From contig JAAOMT010000435.1 in the NCBI GenBank assembly GCA_016748015.1, forward strand, positions 1-64,000: DNA of 64,000 nucleotides, given 5' to 3'. Of the stretch, positions 26,701 to 40,181 are shown in pieces. Each line of letters opens with the position of its first letter. Positions within the stretch are counted from its first letter, which is position 1. The notes beneath the pieces are model-generated. The model worked only from the letters and a program-made list of their open reading frames with translations. It did no database searches and was not told the origin of the DNA. A program made the translations under genes and the position numbers. Source of the stretch: Geosiphon pyriformis uo1. Lineage: Eukaryota; Fungi; Glomeromycota.

Positions 26701-28645
26701 ATTTATTGTACGTACGGCGTTCATCAAATATCCCCCAGCGCTGGTGGCACTTGGCGTTGAATATAAGGCAGAGGTGAATTTCTTTTGTTATTTTAGAGGC
26801 GTTGATTATTTTCTGATCTCATTTTCTGAACTGGACTTTTATCAGAGCTCGACCCTACGGCTATTTCGTATCAATGCTCTTACTGGGGAAGATTTTACGC
26901 CTGATAATGGTGCTGATTTTCCCGCGGATTATTCTTTTCCTTTCATCCCTAAACAAGTCTACAAGTTACCAATCGAAGAGCCTGAAGAACGAACTCATAT
27001 TCTGGCATTGGTCGATGAAGCTTTGAAGGCAAGGTGATATTCAGAAATTTTATATGTTTTTATGGATCCTATTCTGACTTTAACACTTCCACCATTCAAA
27101 TGTAGATTCATCTTTATCCCAACTATTCAGGGGCTAGGAAAGCTTTTGCTCAATTAGCTCCTTCGTTTTACTTTTCTTTGGTTGACATGATCAATGGTAA
27201 AAGCTTGTCTGGATATCGAATTAGTAATACAAGTGTTCAGGAGGTAATACTTATTAAACATCTCGGTTATTTTCTTGCGTATTCATTAAATTTTAAATTT
27301 CATCAACCTATTCTCAGGAATCATTTGAATCAGCTAAATTGTGGAAAATCAACTTTCCGGAAGGTGAACTTATAAAAGCGATATCAGAAAGAAGTCCCTA
27401 TGGTACCATATACTTTTGTTCTAAGATTTTTTGAAGGTCAAACTCGAATTCAAATTTAACTTGATATTTATTTCTCTTCAATATAATAAACAGAAAAAGT
27501 CGCCTCTCTTGGTCGCGTTTTAGGGGATCGTTCTGTATTATATAAATACCTGAATCCACACCTTATTTCCGTAGCCACATATACCAACACCTCACAAGAT
27601 ATATCTACCCTTAACATATACTTGATCGATGTGGTAAAAGGTTCAATCTTATATCAAACTAGTCACGAAAATGTCGGAACCATATATCCAGTTCACATTA
27701 TCCAGATTGAAAATTATATATTATACCATTTCTGGATTGAAGGTGAATTTGGTAAATCGACCACAGAAAAAGGTTACGTTGTCGTGATATATGATTTATA
27801 TGAGGGGGCTAATAAGGATGAAAGAGTAGACAGGTTTGATTGAGATGACACTATTGATCCAATTCTTATTCTCATTTCGGATTATATAACATGTAGTTTT
27901 TGTTTTAGTTCAGTATTTTCTTCCTTTGCACACGAACGTCCTCATGTTAGTGCCCAAGCATTCATTTTTCCATATGGAGTGAATGCTTTGGGGGTGACCA
28001 CAACAAAGCATGGCGTTGCGACCCGCGAGTTTCTTTGTATGAAAGATTTTCTTAATTTTCCTTCATAAAACTTAATATCTTGTTGATGTATTAAATTAAT
28101 CATTTTACTTCTAGTTGCACTTAAAACTGATCAAGTATTTGGACTGTCAAAGCGTTTCCTTGATCCACGCAGGCCAACCGCGGCTCTTACTGCAGATGAC
28201 AAAGAAGAGATGTTGATCCCATACGAACCTGTGTTACCAGATAACAAAAAATTCATTTTGAGCTATAATCTAACGGTAATTGTATTCATAGATCTCAGTT
28301 TTTGCGTCACACTTTTTAACAAAAATTTTATTTTAGATTGCCGGTATCCGTCACATAGTAACTAGCCCAGCTCTCCTAGAATCTACTTCATTAGTGGTAG
28401 CCTATGGTCTTGATATATGGTTCACGCGAGAGGCACCCTCAAAGACTTTTGATGTGCTTAGTGAAGATTTCAGTAAAGGAACCTTATTGGCTACAATTGC
28501 AGGATTGGTATTGGGGATTGCTATTACCGGGCCTATGGTAAGAAAAATTGTTTCTAAATTATGATAATTTGTCTTAGTGGATCATCCAATTATTTTATTT
28601 GTCTCATAGGTAAGACGAAAAAATGTAAATTCGAGATGGTACTAG
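23777..28645 (+). CDS. EMC1: ER membrane protein complex subunit 1 (many exons)
   Basis: Signal peptide followed by LYENEAGVIDW|HQKYVG. Also DTFGFRKLLIFVT, EKVASLGRVLGDRSVLYKYLNPHL, LDPRRP, LESTSLVVAYGLD, PSKTFDVLSEDF, a C-terminal TM and VRRKNVNSRWY*. Confidence 0.96.
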
Positions 28646-29218
28646 GTTCAAAAGTGATACCTGAACGATGGGAAAAGGTAATTGGACCCCCTTTTTGGTC
28701 AGTTATTTTGAATACAAACAAGTTTTTCATTTAAAATCAGTACATTGATAAAAATTCCTTCTCATTTTTCATAGCAAAACAAATGGCTTTTTTATTTAAA
28801 AGTCAAAAAAACAAAAATAGGTTTAACAATCACAATTAGCAGATAAATGCGAACAGTAATTTGGATTTATTTTCATTAAAATTTATTTATTTGAAATGCT
28901 CTGACAAAGTGTGATCCAACCACCATTTACAAGTTACAACATGTACATGTTCAAATATGGACAAATCTGCCTAAACAAGAATTTACGAATTAGATTATTC
29001 AAATATAATATTAAGAACCTTTTTATGAATTGAAATTTATTGTAATTGAAATTAAAATCCATTTAAATAAAAAATATAAGTTTTAAAAAAAATAACATGA
29101 AATATTGTAATTTATAAACTATTACAAATTATTATTTAATAAAAAATAAATCAAAATTTAACAATATGCCAAGTTTTTTAACTTTTTAATTTATAAAATA
29201 ATTTTATAATAAATAAAT

Positions 29219-31449
29219 TAATTCGCGGATCGGTTATGATCAGGTGTGTAACACATAGTAAAATTTTACGCAGATCTACTATTAGAGGCTATTAGCAGCT
29301 ACTGCATTGATCAAAGCAATTAGTGATACAAATATGCAGGCCTCTGCGAAAATGGTAAATAAAGACACGTGCACAAGATAGTAGCGATTCTGCTTTTTTT
29401 CGCGGCTTTTGCTATGTAGGAAACCAGCATTTTTGCCTCCATTCATATAGTAAAAATTATCAGCATTCAACGATTCAAAATTTTCACAGTCTGTAATATG
29501 CCTTTTTTTGGAAAAAGTGTGAAAGCTTACAAAGATCTTATAACCATAGCACACTTTATTGGCTTCATTACACCCACACTCTCTTTTCTGTTGAGCAAAC
29601 TAGAGTTAATTNNNNNNNNNNNNNNNNNNNNNNNNNNNNNNNNNNNNNNNNNNNNNNNNNNNNNNNNNNNNNNNNNNNNNNNNNNNNNNNNNNNNNNNNN
29701 NNNNNNNNNNNNNNNNNNNNNNNNNNNNNNNNNNNNNNNNNNNNNNNNNNNNNNNNNNNNNNNNNNNNNNNNNNNNNNNNNNNNNNNNNNNNNNNNNNNN
29801 NNNNNNNNNNNNNNNNNNNNNNNNNNNNNNNNNNNNNNNNNNNNNNNNNNNNNNNNNNNNNNNNNNNNNNNNNNNNNNNNNNNNNNNNNNNNNNNNNNNN
29901 NNNNNNNNNNNNNNNNNNNNNNNNNNNNNNNNNNNNNNNNNNNNNNNNNNNNNNNNNNNNNNNNNNNNNNNNNNNNNNNNNNNNNNNNNNNNNNNNNNNN
30001 NNNNNNNNNNNNNNNNNNNNNNNNNNNNNNNNNNNNNNNNNNNNNNNNNNNNNNNNNNNNNNNNNNNNNNNNNNNNNNNNNNNNNNNNNNNNNNNNNNNN
30101 NNNNNNNNNNNNNNNNNNNNNNNNNNNNNNNNNNNNNNNNNNNNNNNNNNNNNNNNNNNNNNNNNNNNNNNNNNNNNNNNNNNNNNNNNNNNNNNNNNNN
30201 NNNNNNNNNNNNNNNNNNNNNNNNNNNNNNNNNNNNNNNNNNNNNNNNNNNNNNNNNNNNNNNNNNNNNNNNNNNNNNNNNNNNNNNNNNNNNNNNNNNN
30301 NNNNNNNNNNNNNNNNNNNNNNNNNNNNNNNNNNNNNNNNNNNNNNNNNNNNNNNNATCTGCTCGTCAAAAACGCGTTTCAGTATGTTTTCATCACTCCA
30401 TTCATTTGGTGTACATACAAATGATTTTTTATAATTCATTGATTGGAATAAGGATTGTGTATCAGGATGTTTGATACCAAAAAGGGTTTCTCCATCGTAT
30501 TTGGTAAGAATTCCTAATTTTTTCCAAATGTTGTTGGGTGTTTCGCCTTCAATTGATCTAATACATGTTTCATCTTGATATATATGTAAATAACAAGTAG
30601 ACTTGTTAATTTCTTGTACAATGAGTCGTTGTTGTCCACTTATCTTTGTCATTATTGTTGAGATATATCCTGTTCCTGCACCATAGTAATTTTTGAAAGA
30701 TAAAAATTTTAATTATTTTAATTGTATGAATTTTTGCTGTTTAATATGTTTTTTAAATTAATAATTAATATTTTTACTAGTCTTATAAATTTTTAATATT
30801 AATTTTATTATATTATTTATATTTTTAAATATTTTATATAAGTTATATTTGTATTATAATTTTAAAATATTAATTCACAGATCGGATATCACCTGGTTCA
30901 AATGATCGACAAATGATAATCAAATTTAGCGGTTATACTTATTATAGTTTTTTCTTCGTTTTTAAATGTTCTGTCTTTCTTAACATTTGTCATAATATGG
31001 CTCAAAGTCAACAATACACGGTAAACCTCCTTGACAAAGGTCTTATTATTTCTGAAACACATTATGGTTTGTTTACTCGGAATTGGTAGATTCAGAAACA
31101 ATTTGAAAATGAGGTTTTTACTATACCTTACCGACTGTATATGCGTGTTGGTTTTAAACTAAACAAACAACAGTTTATAATGACAATAGTAAAACAAACT
31201 AATTGTCAGAAACCTGGCTTTATTTGTACTAATGGTTCAGAATCTAGTAATATTGAAAACTCACCTTCGACTGCAATCAATACTTTGTATCAAAGTATAT
31301 TTGGTGTCAAGACAGAATACTCGGGTCTTTCAATCCTTGGTTTCAATAATAAAGCTCTTGTTCAGAAATTAACAAAAGACATTTCATTTGTACCATTGTT
31401 TCTGAAAGTTGACAAACATACAATTGTTATTAATTCAATTGGATGTTTG
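29219..31449. mobile_element. DNA-transposon-like element with FYR-like N-terminal coding region, interrupted by an N gap and an internal inversion
   Basis: Related termini TAATTCGCGGATCGG (29219-33) and TAATTCACAGATCGG (30871-85). The + strand coding piece (about 30997-31449) and the - strand piece (30703 down to 30357) join into one reading frame. The catalytic domain is not visible. Confidence 0.6.
29612..30356. other. Assembly gap (N run)
   Basis: Run of n characters. Confidence 1.
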
Positions 31450-34400
31450 TATTAATAATATTATAAAAAAATACATAAAAAACTTTATAGTAAATAAAAT
31501 ATATATTATAAAAAATACTTTAAAACCCATTTTAAAAAATAAATTTAAATTATTTTGTTTATAATAAAAAAATTATTTTAAAGTTAAATAAAGTTAATTT
31601 AGTATTAAACAATATTATAAAAAAAATTTACTATGTCTTAACAAGTAATCTAACTTTAAGCTTTTTTTTTAAAAAAAATAATCTGAATATTAAAAAAATT
31701 AAAATAATATTAAATAAATTTATTGTTTAAAATACTTAATATAAATTATTAAAACACATTATTATCAAAAATTTTATATGTTTTTTTAATATTAAATTTG
31801 TTATTAATATTATTCTTAATAAAAACTATTAAATTTTTAACAAGTTATTTATTTTTAAAATATTTTTTTATAATTTAAACTATAATAAAATAACTAATTT
31901 TATATTATTAAATAAAATTTAAATTATTAATTAATATAAGAAATAATTTTTATTATTAATTAATTTATTATATTTTTTAATTTTATTATTTATTATTTAA
32001 TTAATAACTTAATTTATATAATATACAAATATAATTAAATATAATAATCAAATTATGTAATATTTTAAATTATGTAATACTTAAGAATTTATTTAAATAT
32101 TTAAAATTTTGTTATAATTTATTAAAATAATTTATAATTTACCAAAATATTGACAAAAAAAAACTGAAATTCAAAATAATATTACAATAAATTATATAAA
32201 AAAAACTTTTTTTTAAAGAAAATATATTAAATTCTAAATTAATTTATTAAATAACAATATAAATTATCAAAATAAAATAAAAAACTTTAATATTATAACT
32301 ATAATTAAAGCAAAAAATAAAAAAGTTTTAAATATTACTTTTTTTATATTTTTGTTATAAAAATAGTTAAACAAAATATCTTGGCAATATTTTTTCTAAA
32401 TATTAAGAATAAAAAACTGTTTTTAGTAATTTTTAAAATATTTTTTTTAATTAAAGTTTTTTTTAAGAAACATGTTAAAATTAATCCTAATATTGTTTTT
32501 GTCTTTTTTAAAAGCTTTAAAAAAGTTTAACAATAAATTATTTAACAAATTGATTTTTTTTGGTTTTATTTTTATTATTATTATAATTAGTTTGTAAAAA
32601 AAATTAAAAACTTCAAAAAACAGAAACAGTTACTTATATTTATTATTATTATATTAAATTTTTTTGTAATTTTAAATAAAATTTCTATAGTAATAATTAA
32701 TTTTTTTTAATATAGATAACAATAATAATAAAGATAAATTAAATTGACTTATATTAATTTTTTGTAGTAATTTTTTTTATTTCTGTTGTATTTTTTTTGG
32801 CATATTTGTTATTAATATTAAAAACACTAAAAATGTTTTTTGTGTAGTTATTTTAATTAAACAAAAGTTTACTAAATTGTAATAATATATTATAGTTTTA
32901 TTTAAAAACTTTTTTTTGTTGTTGCTATTCTTATTAGCTAATTTGTACTGATTAAAAAAAACAGTATTAAGATTTTTTTTGTATTAAAAAAAAATTATTA
33001 TTTTAACAAACATTTTTAAAATTAAATTAATCGATTTTCTTTTTAATTATATTGTTTTTAAAATCAATAATTTGATTTTTAAGTTAATAGCCATATATGT
33101 TTTATTTTTTATTTTCTTAATTTTTATTATTGTTAAAATTTTATTGTTGTAATTTTTGAGTTTTTAAAAATTTAAGTTTAATTATTTTAAAAACTGGTAT
33201 TTTGCATAAATATTGTATTTAATAAGAAATATTTAAATGTTAATATTATTATAAGTATCAAAGTTTAAATTATTTGTTTTTAAATTATAAGATATTATTA
33301 CTTTTTTTTTAAGTTTTTTTTTAAGTTTGTTAGTAATTTTAAGTTTTTTGTTTTATTTTTTGTTAATATAAAATTTTATGTTAATATTTTTGTTTTTTAA
33401 TCTCTTTATTGTTGTATTTTTGGTTATTTTTGTTGTTAATTTTGTGATTAAATATAAATTAGATTTTTTGGAATTTTATATATTAAATTTGACTATTTTA
33501 ATTAATTTTGTTGTTAAATTAATTAATTTGTTAATTAATTTGGTTATTATTTAATTAAATATTTTTTTTGTTTTATAAAAATTAAACTTAATTTTGTTTA
33601 AAATAAAATATTTGTTCTTAATAAAATTTTTACAAATATAATTTACATTAAAACTAAATATAATTATAAAACTAATTATATAAAGAATTATAATAATTTT
33701 TTTAATAATAATATTTATGCTTAATTAATTAATTAATTTAATAAAATATTAATCAGTTAATATCAAATCAAATACAAATAAAACTGTTAAACAAATAATT
33801 AGTATTGTTGTTAATAATTATATATTAGTTAAGATTATACATAAATATCTTTTTAGAATAAATTTTTTATTATTAATTCAATATAAATTAGTCTAAACTG
33901 CACTTATATTTAATATTACTTATAAAATAAAGCAAAAAAAAAATAAAAAATATTATAATTAACCAATAATATAGCATAAATTATTAAAATACATAATATC
34001 AAAAATTTTAAAAATACCAATAAAAATTTCAGAAATTTTAAAAATATCAAAAATTTAAAAAAAAATTGGTAAAAATACCAGAAATTTTAATAATAATTTA
34101 AGAAAATATAAAAATCACTAAAATTTTATATATAATAATAATTATAAAAACAAAAAAAATAAACAAATTTAATTTAAATCTTATTAAATAACTTTAATAA
34201 TTAAAAATCTAATATTTTAAAATAAAATACTTATTTAAATAAAATTATTATTTAAATTATTTAATATTTAATTTTATGTATTTATATTTATCTTGTTAAA
34301 ATTTATTTATATTTTAAATTAATGTCTATGGTATTTATATAATATTATTAATAATACTAAAACAATAGTTTTTAATTATAGTTATTAATAAAATATTAAT

Positions 34401-34499
34401 TTATATTTTTTTGATATTTTGTTTTATTAATTAATTAAGAAAAAATATTAAAATCATGTATTAAAAATTGTTTAATAAAAGATAAAAAAATAAGTATGG

Positions 34500-35368
34500 T
34501 GTTACTCATAAAATATAGAAAGTATACTAGCATATAAATTAGCCAATCAGAAGTAGTTATAGTAAATGTGAAATTCTAAGATTCCTTTTAAGAGGAATTG
34601 CAGGATTCCAGGAATTTCAGAATTCTTATACAAAGAATTACAGGATTCCAGAACTCCAGAATTCTTATCAAGAAAAATTGCAGAAATTACAGAATTCCAG
34701 GAATTCCAGGAATTCCAGGATTTCTGGTGTAAAGAATTAAGGAATTGAGAAATTTCAATTATGTATATATAGTGATAACATTAGAAAAAGAAAAAACAAA
34801 TTTCTTAGTTTAGATTTGATCTAAGAAACCTTCTACATCACAAATATCAATAAATAATTATTCACTATTTTAATCTATTCCTCACTATCAACTCTCTATG
34901 TTGATAATAATTGATACTTAAATACACTAGAACAATAGCTCTTGATCACAGCTATTGATGAGATACTAATATTTATTGTCTTGGCTTATTTCTTTATTTT
35001 CTTTTATTTTCTTTTATTTTCTTTTGTTATTTTTTTTGTTTTACTAATTGATTAAGGATTAAAAAGTGCTGAGTTACAGACATTATAGGGACTGGTAAAA
35101 GACCTGTAAAATTAGAGTAGAGAACTTATAGATTTGAGAATAACCTATTAGGAAAATTACTGGCCATCACACTAAAAAAAAATTTGACAGAATTGCAATT
35201 CTGGAAGGTGACTGAAAAACAACTATTGAATTTCTGTCTATTATACAAAAGACTCAACCAAAACCTTCAGATACAGTTAACCTTCAGAAACCAACATTCT
35301 TATATTAATAGAACATCAAGTTACAGGTTTGTTATTTGCTTTAAGACCCCAAATAATTACCTGTAACA
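34500..35368 (+). mobile_element. Solo LTR
   Basis: TGTTAC...GTAACA termini with flanks ATGG/ATGA. Contains GGAATTCCA-type tandem repeats (about 34590-34730), a CCAAT box and a TATA-like TATATATA. Confidence 0.8.
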
Positions 35369-35859
35369 ATGATTAAATTACTTATTAAAAAAATAAAATA
35401 CATTAGAATAAATTAGTTTTTTGTTAAAAAAATTAGATATTAAATATTATTTACTATTATTATTAAATTTTTATTTGTTATACAAAAAATTTTATCATTA
35501 AATATCTTTAATAAATTAAAATTTTCAGATTTAATTAAAACAAAAGCACTAATTTACAGACTAAAATAATATAATATCTTTTATAATATTAATTATATAT
35601 AAAAAATACATAAATTATATTTAATTTTTGTTATTTAATTTAATTATTATATTATAGTAATTGAATTATTAAATTAAAAAAAATAAATAAAAAATAAATA
35701 AATATTATTATTTTAAAATTAAATTTTCTGTATAATTAACTATTTTTAATATTTATAATCTTAATTAATATTCTAAAATTAATTAATTATCGATTTTAAT
35801 AAATAGTTTAATTATTTTAAATTTAAACAAAAAATATTTTTTAATAAACATATTTGTTT

Positions 35860-36950
35860 TTTTTCTTATTTTATTAAAAAGTTTATAATTAATAAAAAAT
35901 TAACTTTTATAATAAAATAACTGGATATTATTAAATAGCTCATAATTAAAATTTTTTGTAAAAGAATTAATTTTTATTGTAAAATAATTTTATAAAATAA
36001 TTAATATAGAATTAACTATTTTATTATAAGTTTAACACACTATTAAAAGTAGTAATTACTTTTAATATAACTATTATAATATATTACTAATTAATTTACA
36101 TATATTATAAACAAAAATTTAATATTTTAAAAGAAATTATAATATAAAAAAAACACTTTACTAATATTTTAAAAATTATATTAACAATTATTTTTAAAAA
36201 CTACAATATTTTAAAAATTAAACACAATTTTTATATATTATTTATAAAAAAATAAAAAATTGTAATTATAAAACTTTACAAAAATATTTTTTTTGATTAT
36301 TAATTTTAAAATTAAAATTAAAAAACAATACCAAAAAAAAACAGAAAATTTTTTTACAAATTAGCAAAACAATTTACAATATATTAAAATTAATTATTTA
36401 AAATTTACAAATACTTAAAAAAAAACCAATAACAAATTATTATTTTTAATTGTATTTTTTTTGGCTTTATTTATTTAAACTTAAATATTTAACTTATCAT
36501 TCAATTATTTTTTAAGATCAAAAATTTTAAATTATCAAAAAGTCCAAATTAATTTACATTAATATTAATTTAATTAATTATTTAAAAAAAAATTAAAATA
36601 ACTATTTTAAAAATTAAATAAACAAAAAAAAACACAAAAAAATTTTTAAATCTATTTTTTAAAAAAAAAACAAATATAAAATTGTCAAAATTCAAAATTT
36701 TTAAAAGATATTAAAATTAGTTCTTAAAAATAATTTGACAAAATAAAAATAACAAATATTAATAAATAAAATATAATTAAAATATTAAAATTAATTTCTT
36801 ATTTTTTTTTTAAAACTATTAATAAATAACTTGAAAATTAAGTTATTTATTTACTAATAACAAGTATTTAAAACTGTTTTTTTTAATTATTTTATTAATA
36901 ATATTTTTATTATATTTAAAATCAATTTAAAATAATTAAACAAAACTTAT
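35860..36950 (+). mobile_element. Very decayed LTR plus gag fragment related to 18036-22041
   Basis: 35890-36030 aligns loosely with LTR segment 21770-21905, and the downstream sequence resembles 19000-19980. Confidence 0.5.
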
Positions 36951-37119
36951 TAAATTTATAATTACATATATTAAAAAATCTAAATAATTAAAAAAAAATA
37001 ATTATTATTCTAATATCTAAGTTCTAAATTAATTTATTACAAAACTAAAAAACAACTTATTAAAAAAATTTAATTTTATATTTTTAAAAATTTAATTATT
37101 ATTATTTAATATATTATTA

Positions 37120-38060
37120 CTTTTTTTATTACATGTTTTATAAGTATAGCCCAATTATTACTTAAATTATAAAACTATATAAGTTTCTATATTAAGTATA
37201 ATTTATGTTTTTTTTACATATAAACAGTCACTTGGGCCAATTAAAACAACATTAAATATCCAAGTTACTTATTATCAAAAAGTTATACAAAAAACCAAAA
37301 TGCATATTAAATAAACAAGAATGTAAATCAAAACAAACATAAATACTTAATCTAATACCAAAATCATGAATCATTTTAGAAAACCATAAAGATGTCAAAT
37401 CAGATATAACCAGTATTACAGAATTATTGTATGGCAAAAGATTATGTTTTTTATAATGTACTTTTAGTTTGGCAGTTAGCAATTATATAGTAGATTTGTG
37501 GCCCTTAACAAATTTTAGACCAAATTGATAACCAATAATGTACTATTAAAACTGCCATCTAATAGACATATTATGTTAGTCATCCATTTTTTTATTACGA
37601 AGCTTTTGGCCAACAACATATATAAATAATCCAATAATTCAGTCTTATACAAAAATTAAATTACTATACTGTTAACAGTACAAGCACTTAGTAAATTATT
37701 TCATACTTTTATAATTTTTAAGATTAAGTTTTTTTTAGTACTATTATTATAGATACAAAAAAATATGTGATTAGAGTTCTTAACCAACTTATATTAAATA
37801 CACAATATATTAGCATAAATTATATAATTTTTTTTTCTTGATTATGAGCAATTAATAATAGAAAGCATTCATAAAATAAGATCAAAACATTCCAGAAACA
37901 GAGTTGATAAAATAAGATTGAACTTAGCTATTAAGATGCCATACACAAAAAGTTTTTTTTATATTAATTATGCTATAAAAAGTATTATTTACAGTATTAT
38001 TAGCATATTTAGACTTTTAACCAATAAAGCTAATAGCTTCAAAAAAAATATCCAATAAAA
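37120..38060 (-). mobile_element. 5'-truncated LINE 3' end
   Basis: ORF 37252-37482 (AKLKVHYKKHNLLP...FGIRLSIYVCF) aligns with AKLRAFYEKHGLLP...FGFRLGVYLCF at 53271-53849. The A-tail appears as a T run near 37121. Confidence 0.8.
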
Positions 38061-38879
38061 TAACAAGTAAATTTATTGATATAATTGGGTTTAAAACTTA
38101 AAAAACTAATACTATAATGTTTAAAACTATTAGATTTTAAATAATTTTTAGAGTTAAACTATAATTGATATTAAAATTAAGTTTTTTTCAATTTTTTCTG
38201 TTTTGGTATCTTTTTAATTATTGATAAATCTAAAATTAAATTGTAAAAACAATAATTAGACTAATAAAAATATAAATAGTTATGACTTAAAATCTTAAAA
38301 AAATTTGTCATATTTTTTAAGTAGATAATAGCTTTTTAACTTATTTTGAAAAAAAAATCATATATTTAGAATTTTTGTTAATTTAAATATAATTTTAATA
38401 ATATTTAAATTATATTTTTTTAAGTATACTAATATAATAAATTTGTTAAAAAAACAATTTATTATTATTTTTAAATAAATATTTAAAAATTGGTTTTTTT
38501 GTTTTTAAATGTAATAAAAAATTTTTTTTTGTATAAGCTTCAATTTTTTAGTTTATTTTTACAATTATTGAAATAAAATTATAATATTATATAAAACTTA
38601 TAAATTATAGTAATTTACTGTAAAAATTCTTTTTATTGTTTTTAAATCTTTTTTTTCTTTTAAAAACATGTAATTTTTTCATTAATGTAAAAATCAAAAG
38701 CTAATTTGTTAATAAACTATTATTAATTAATTTTAAATGTTTTTAATAATATTAAAATAAAATTTTTGTAAATTTTAGGTAATTTGCTCTTGTTATTTTT
38801 AATTTTGCTATTTTTGTTAATAGTTTTTAGTAATGTTTTTGTTTTTTATAAATTATATCTTATAAAAAACATTAAATAT

Positions 38880-39508
38880 TGTTACGGGTTGGAGTAACAA
38901 GCTAACAGATAGCAAGAGAGAACAGTATTGTATGGTGATGGAAATAAACTAAGAAGGAATTACAATAAGGGAGCAAATTGAATAAGTAGAAATTCAATGT
39001 GTGTGATCAGTCTCATAAAAATCACCATCGCTAATCTTTTCTTAAATCTGAAGGTAGAGGAATAGTCCGTGATTGTCAACAAAATAACATCACTGCTATT
39101 ATTCTATGCCTCAACTCGGCGATTCTTAGAATCAATAACAGGTATCATTGTACTTTTCAATCATTTCTTTATTCAATGAATTACAAAAGCAAGCCAATTG
39201 CTTTTCAGACTAATTCTAACAAATACAAATCAAGAAGAGGAAAAGATAAGATATGTGAATGCCAACAAGTAGATACTTGAAGGTAAGAAAAGGGAATAAG
39301 CAATTATGAAAGGAAGTAATTGATATTATTTATTTCATTACTTTGATCATGTCTTTCTACAGCTAAGAGAATCATTGCTTATATAGCTATCTAAAATGGT
39401 TAATGACCAGGTCAACAATTATTATCTAAAAATAGGGTGGCTAATTATATGACATCATTGGCTAATACATGTGATAATTAATAAAAACTATGTGTTTTAA
39501 CTGTAACA
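38880..39508 (-). repeat. 3' LTR (629 bp)
   Basis: TGTTAC...GTAACA, direct repeat of 45842-46507. Preceded on the - strand by the PPT GGAGAGGATGA (39519-39509). Confidence 0.97.
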
Positions 39509-40134
39509 TCATCCTCTCCAAAGAGATTGAGCTTCAGCGAAATCAAACTATTTATGGAATAGTCTATGTGAAGGGTTTTGTCTAACTCAAAACTAACTAG
39601 TTTGTTGAAGTCTTTTGTGAATAGAGTATATAGTACTTGAGGCAAAATAAGTTTTGTATTCAAGAGACCAAATCTTTGTATTAGAGTTCTGGCTCTTTTA
39701 GCAATGGTCAAAACTCTTGGAACATCTAATTGTATAATGCCCAAAATTTCCACTTGTATCTCTGAAGTTGTTTTCTTCATAAGCTTCATGTCTTCTATGA
39801 TTTTACCAAAACAACCATAGAGTTCTAGTTGTCTTCCATATGACAAGTTTTTGTCTATGAGCAAGATTTCTTGTATTGTTTTTCCAATTGTGCTGAAAGG
39901 TGAAAGTATCGCTGCTATTATGCTTTCTAGCAGGTATTTATCCATTTTGCCACCAATTCTTTCTCTTCTGGTAGTTGTTTTCTTTGGTCTAATAACAGTG
40001 TGAGTTCCACTGTTGTCTGTTATAGTGGTTTGTTTTCTAATAGTCAGAGTAGCATTTGGATAGTTCTTGATTTAGTACTCATGGAGAGTATAGAAAGTGT
40101 TTTAAATGTTTTGATCCAGGAAATAATTGTTCAT
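39478..40134 (-). pseudogene. Extra ORF3 of unknown function between integrase and the 3' LTR
   Basis: The 155-aa ORF extends in frame to an ATG at 40134 across two TAA codons that can be explained as CAA>TAA. Confidence 0.65.
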
Positions 40135-40181
40135 GTCAATTGAAGATACCTCTGTTTTGGGAATAGTGCATTTATTTATAT

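Noticed and set aside
29498-30652. Long ORFs spanning X residues
   Set aside because: Artefacts of the N gap. Only the 30357-30703 part looks coding.
34590-34730. GGAATTCCA repeat array as CRISPR-like
   Set aside because: Short degenerate tandem units without unique spacers, inside a solo LTR of a eukaryote.
39478-39945. ORF3 as a retroviral Env
   Set aside because: No signal peptide or transmembrane anchor, and too short.
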